In this document: piece by piece, positions 60,235 through 64,000 of the stretch
Position numbering within the stretch: the first letter of the stretch is position 1
Layout: each line of letters begins with the position of its first letter
NCBI GenBank assembly: GCA_963666735.1
Contig: OY762926.1
Location: 224,001 to 288,000 of the forward strand
Source: Gemmatimonadota bacterium
Lineage (GTDB): Bacteria > Gemmatimonadota > Gemmatimonadetes > Palauibacterales > Palauibacteraceae
Reading direction: 5' to 3'
DNA: 64,000 nucleotides
The notes under the pieces: generated by a model
Seen by the model: only the letters and a program-made list of their open reading frames with translations
Database searches by the model: none
What the model was told of the DNA's origin: nothing
Program-made: the position numbers and the translations under genes

Positions 60235-61807
60235 GGCATCGGAGCGCTCGTACGAAGCGGCCTTCGGCCAGCTTCTCGTTATCGAGGGTCAGCGTGTCAT
60301 CCAGGGTCCGATGCACCACGCGCACGAACACGGTAAGGACATCATTGCTTGGGACGGAGATCAGCTGTGCGTCTATCAACTGAAGGGAGGTGCCGGTAGA
60401 CTGAATACCACGGTGGTGGAGAACGTCCAGCAGCAGCTGTTTGCAGCTACGGCTGCCGCAGTGACGCATCCAAGTCTTCCGGGCCCTCGCCGCCCAGATC
60501 GAGTCTATCTGGTGACAAATCGCACCGCCACCGGCCCGGCCCAGGACCGGATCCGCGTCTTGTCGGAGGGCAATCGGATCAACGGATTGGGAACTTTGCA
60601 TTTGATCGAATTCGCCGAACTCAAATCCCGATTTGTAACTGTGGAAAGACAATTTTTTCCCAGTTCCCCAAAGGCATTGGATACTTTCCTGTCGCTGTTC
60701 TTGGCCGATGGGCGAGGGCCCTTGCTGCGGCAAGACTTCTTTCGATTGCTCGAAGAAATCCTTCCCGTGCGGGGGCCGAGAGCTAAGGCTCGTGACGCAG
60801 GGCGCGCTATTTCGGCCGCGGCGCTCACGACGGCGTTTGCGTTACGCAAATGGAGTGATTTGGACAATCACGCAGAGACTGCGATGGGCTGGGTCTGCTT
60901 CGCCACGCAGGTCCTCCGGCTAGCGGAAAGGAATCGACTAGGCCGGGCGCGCTGGTACAGGTCGTATCGACTGGCGTTGGAGGAGGCCCGTCGTCACGCA
61001 AGGCATCTCTTGGAGGAAGCAAGCGCGGCCGAGGACCTCATTATACCTGACCCTGCGGAATCGATCGTTCGCGGAGCACGAGCGGTCAAGGTGTGCGGGT
61101 TGCTATCCGCCTTCACGATTTCAGCTCGTATCGAATTCGGCGTTCACCATACGCACCGCGGACAGGCTGGTAGATTGATACTCCGAGAGCGAGACTGCTT
61201 CGAGATAGCAGGAGAAGTGCAGGCCCCCGATTACTTCCTGTCGATCTTGGCGGTTAGTGAGGCCGGCGAGTTCAACGTCGCGACAGAGATGCTCCTGCTT
61301 TGGGTGGCCAGCGTTTCAGGGGCGAATCAGCCTGATTCTGCCTCGCCGGTACCGGATCCTTACCATTCGGTCGAAGACATCATGCTCGACAGGTTGCGCC
61401 CACAGGGAGCGGTCCTTCCCGATGAAGATTGGGCTGGAAGCGCCTATACGGTCCATATTGGAGTGCGCTGGGCCGTGCGACGCTTGTGGCGCCAAACCTT
61501 GAGGACGGTCTGGGCAAACGTGACCCGGATCAGTCATCAGCATTTCAGACCGAGATGGCGCGCTGACTATTATGCACCGGAGAGTGATCGAGGCGAGTTG
61601 GCGAGTTGGTTCTATCCCACGCCGACGAGCTGGTCCGACCTTCGCGCTCTCGCCGAGGAGTGCGATTCGTCGACTCTTCCTGACACTTTGGTGAAGTGCC
61701 CGGAATTCGTACCGTTCTACTGTCTCGCCTTGCCACACCGGTTCAACGTCCAGGTCTCAGATTTGCTGGACCGACTTGCTTCGACGGGAATCGCAGATGC
61801 GAACTGA
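60200..61807 (+). CDS. 535-aa protein with an N-terminal Mrr-like PD-(D/E)xK nuclease and a helical C-terminus
   Basis: SERSYE...HEHGKDIIA...YQLK, YLVTN; 35-nt overlap with the upstream ORF. Confidence 0.7.
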   Translation: MIENLVDVWLTEASERSYEAAFGQLLVIEGQRVIQGPMHHAHEHGKDIIAWDGDQLCVYQLKGGAGRLNTTVVENVQQQLFAATAAAVTHPSLPGPRRPDRVYLVTNRTATGPAQDRIRVLSEGNRINGLGTLHLIEFAELKSRFVTVERQFFPSSPKALDTFLSLFLADGRGPLLRQDFFRLLEEILPVRGPRAKARDAGRAISAAALTTAFALRKWSDLDNHAETAMGWVCFATQVLRLAERNRLGRARWYRSYRLALEEARRHARHLLEEASAAEDLIIPDPAESIVRGARAVKVCGLLSAFTISARIEFGVHHTHRGQAGRLILRERDCFEIAGEVQAPDYFLSILAVSEAGEFNVATEMLLLWVASVSGANQPDSASPVPDPYHSVEDIMLDRLRPQGAVLPDEDWAGSAYTVHIGVRWAVRRLWRQTLRTVWANVTRISHQHFRPRWRADYYAPESDRGELASWFYPTPTSWSDLRALAEECDSSTLPDTLVKCPEFVPFYCLALPHRFNVQVSDLLDRLASTGIADAN

Positions 61808-61847
61808 GAGTGAGGGTGGGAAGGGCGACGACTGATACCTCGCCTGC

Positions 61848-63182
61848 CTAATCGAACAAAAACGTCCCCGTCGAATCCCGGAACGGAATGTGGTGCCAGT
61901 CAACGCCGAAAGCGGGGTAAACACGCTTCAGAAGACTGAAAGCCACATCGTCGGGACTAAAGGTTGCCGGAACGGGCGTGGGTCCGAGGAGTAGGTGTGG
62001 GCCTATGAATGGTGCGCTGGAGCGGAGCGGAGACAGGAAGCGAATCTCGTCAGGTTGGCCCGGCCGCAGAATGTAGCCAGCAGCGTTCCGGTATTGGAGT
62101 TGGATCAGCACCTCATCGGCGTAGCCTACGTGGTGGAGAAGTGCCGCAACTAGGCGCAGAAAGGAGACGGGGTATTCGACGACGGGATACGGATAGAGTC
62201 TCGGTCGGAGTCGTCGCTCCTCCTCGGATTGCCGCCAGCAAAAATGGTAATTGAGAGGTGTCCAGAACTCCACGTGGCCGTTCTCGAACACGTCGAGGTA
62301 CGCGTCGTCCTTGAGCCCTAAAGCCAATCCGGTGAGAGACCGTTGGTGGCTGTGATCTAAACCGCCCATGTTCCAGCCACCATGCCGAGACGCAGGTGGG
62401 GCGGAGAGGATCGAGGCGATCTCCGGCTCGTCGAATACTACGAGACCTTGACGCGGCTTGGTCGGGGTAGCGGCGAGCCACAAGTATGAGCTTTCGCCAA
62501 CCTCCGTTTCGAATCGTTCACGCATAACGTCAGCCAGTACATGTCCGTCATCGCTACGGAGTAGGGCGTCGGAAACGTACGCCTGCGAAGCCTCCCCAAG
62601 CTCTTTCTTGCTCTTGTCGTGCGTCAGGATCCGGACGAGGTGAGAGAGACTGGCGTCGATACGAGCCAGACGCCTTCCGGTCGGGCTGCTCAGGAAGGTT
62701 TCGCGGATCTCTCCCACCGACATTGGGCGCTTGCCATCCTCGACGCGGGTCCAAAAGCCAGTGTGGCCGTCCAAGGTTACCATGTGCGGACGGCGTCCAC
62801 TGACGGGGATGCGGGCTAGGATCACGGTGGAACCCTTCACGTCGCGCTTACCGATCTCGATCCCTTCAATGTGCTCAGAGATATGCACGTGGCATAGGTC
62901 ACGGATGCTCTTGAGCATTGAGTCCGAATTGCTCATGAGGGCAGGCTCGGAGAAGCACTGAGCTCGACCGTGACCGTCATCGCGAACGCCGAAAATGAGA
63001 TACCCGCCGCCACCGTTTGCCATCGACACGACATCCCGTAACAGCTCAAGCCGCGCGTCGTCGTTTTTGTAGTCAAAGGTTGCCTTGAATTCGAGGTACT
63101 GCCGTTCCGACACGTGAGCTTCGACGAGACCTGCGATCTCATCGTCTGGGATTTCATCAAGTGGACGCTGGTCGAAGATCAT
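61848..63182 (-). CDS. Schlafen/AlbA_2-domain protein with an unknown C-terminal domain
   Basis: SERQYLEFK, DVVSMANGGGGYLIFGVRD, RPH, RVEDGKRPM; ATGA overlap with the upstream gene. Confidence 0.85.
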   Translation of the reverse strand: MIFDQRPLDEIPDDEIAGLVEAHVSERQYLEFKATFDYKNDDARLELLRDVVSMANGGGGYLIFGVRDDGHGRAQCFSEPALMSNSDSMLKSIRDLCHVHISEHIEGIEIGKRDVKGSTVILARIPVSGRRPHMVTLDGHTGFWTRVEDGKRPMSVGEIRETFLSSPTGRRLARIDASLSHLVRILTHDKSKKELGEASQAYVSDALLRSDDGHVLADVMRERFETEVGESSYLWLAATPTKPRQGLVVFDEPEIASILSAPPASRHGGWNMGGLDHSHQRSLTGLALGLKDDAYLDVFENGHVEFWTPLNYHFCWRQSEEERRLRPRLYPYPVVEYPVSFLRLVAALLHHVGYADEVLIQLQYRNAAGYILRPGQPDEIRFLSPLRSSAPFIGPHLLLGPTPVPATFSPDDVAFSLLKRVYPAFGVDWHHIPFRDSTGTFLFD

Positions 63183-64000
63183 GCTGCCAGATCGCCGAGG
63201 GGGCACGCTGGGTCGAAGAGCTTCACGGTCCAAGGGCTACCGGTAGCCAGGGATCGGCGTAGTTGAACGATTCCAGGCGATCCGATCACACCCGTGAGCC
63301 TCGTGCCGGTGCTTCGCACGGTCTTGGATACCGTCCCGGGTCGCTTCGGAGCGGACGCGCCGGGCTTCGCGGAGGCGTAGGCTCGAGGCGTACGTGAGAG
63401 AATGCGCTCGACATCTTCAGCTGTCGGAAGGAGCCGGCCTCCTCTCCGCCACGGAGTGAGCACGGCGAAGGGCTCGGGGTCCAGCATTTGTTCCCACACC
63501 TCCGGCGCATCGGCATTGCCGGAACCGTGGTGCGGCACCTTGAACACGGAGGCCCTTCCCGTCGGCTTCGCGGGGTCACTAAGTACGGCCATCCAGCCCG
63601 TCCTTTCGAGGTCGCCCCCGAGTAGTACGATCGCATCTCCGCATCTCACCCACAGCGCGACGGACAACTGATTAGGTGACGGCGAGCGATTTCGTTTCGC
63701 GGTCTTGCCTTCGGGAGTGACCCACTCTTCGACGGATCGAACAAACGCCGCGAACAGGTCGTCGCCGGGGGACAGCGACCAGACTTCACTCGATGCGTTG
63801 CGAAACACTCGTCGGACGGGCGCGGCCCAGATGGGTGAAGCACCTCTGCTGCTCAGACATGAGAAGGCGGAGTGAATCTCGCGTACTCCGTAGCCTACCT
63901 CGGAGAAGTCCCTTCCCGCGAGACCTCCTGCCGTACTCAAAAACTCCCTGGAGCCCAGAGCGCCCGCGCAGCAGAACCGGGCGGAAGCGCACGCGTCGAC
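63179..64000 (-). CDS. 3' part of a ComEC-like MBL-fold metallohydrolase; starts outside the window
   Basis: NQLSVAL, LLGGDLE, FKVPHHGS; frame is open to the window edge. Confidence 0.8.
   Translation of the reverse strand, partial: VDACASARFCCAGALGSREFLSTAGGLAGRDFSEVGYGVREIHSAFSCLSSRGASPIWAAPVRRVFRNASSEVWSLSPGDDLFAAFVRSVEEWVTPEGKTAKRNRSPSPNQLSVALWVRCGDAIVLLGGDLERTGWMAVLSDPAKPTGRASVFKVPHHGSGNADAPEVWEQMLDPEPFAVLTPWRRGGRLLPTAEDVERILSRTPRAYASAKPGASAPKRPGTVSKTVRSTGTRLTGVIGSPGIVQLRRSLATGSPWTVKLFDPACPLGDLAA

Noticed and set aside
59638..61807. Prophage remnant as the explanation for the capsid-like ORF
   Set aside because: No other phage structural, packaging or integrase genes nearby, and the ORF is intact and overlaps a nuclease gene.
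1..64000. rRNA, tRNA or known riboswitch
   Set aside because: None recognisable by eye; intergenic gaps are short. A tRNAscan/Rfam run would be needed to exclude them fully.

Overview
High-GC bacterial window in three blocks. (1) 0.4-22.4 kb: a 3448-aa type I PKS with the sponge-symbiont SupA architecture (KS-AT-DH-MT-ER-KR-ACP-KS-AT0), a free ACP, an alpha/beta hydrolase, an NCS2 permease fusion and lipid genes (PLD, flippase-like). The block lies between a full IS1182-family element and an inverted, internally deleted copy of it. The PKS type suggests a sponge symbiont, but that is inference. (2) 22.4-40 kb: an acyl-CoA catabolic operon, transporters, a peptidase, three TA modules (one decayed), and an ATP-grasp ligase gene preceded by an apparently complete Cys-rich leader-peptide attenuator. 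(3) 40-64 kb: a defence island with RecQ-PRTase plus DprA, UDG-like and NucS-like genes, and a type I RM system split by NYN, DUF2283, a tandem ATPase pair and AbiE. HsdR carries a Schlafen/AlbA_2 tail. After hsdR come a pair of a small HK97-capsid-like protein and a PD-(D/E)xK nuclease, then an MBL plus Schlafen pair. Top novelty candidates: the capsid-mimic/nuclease pair, the Cys attenuator, and a promoter-hairpin-terminator leader before the NYN RNase (type III TA-like layout). No rRNA, tRNA or CRISPR array was seen. All family calls come from reading motifs by eye, not from database searches.
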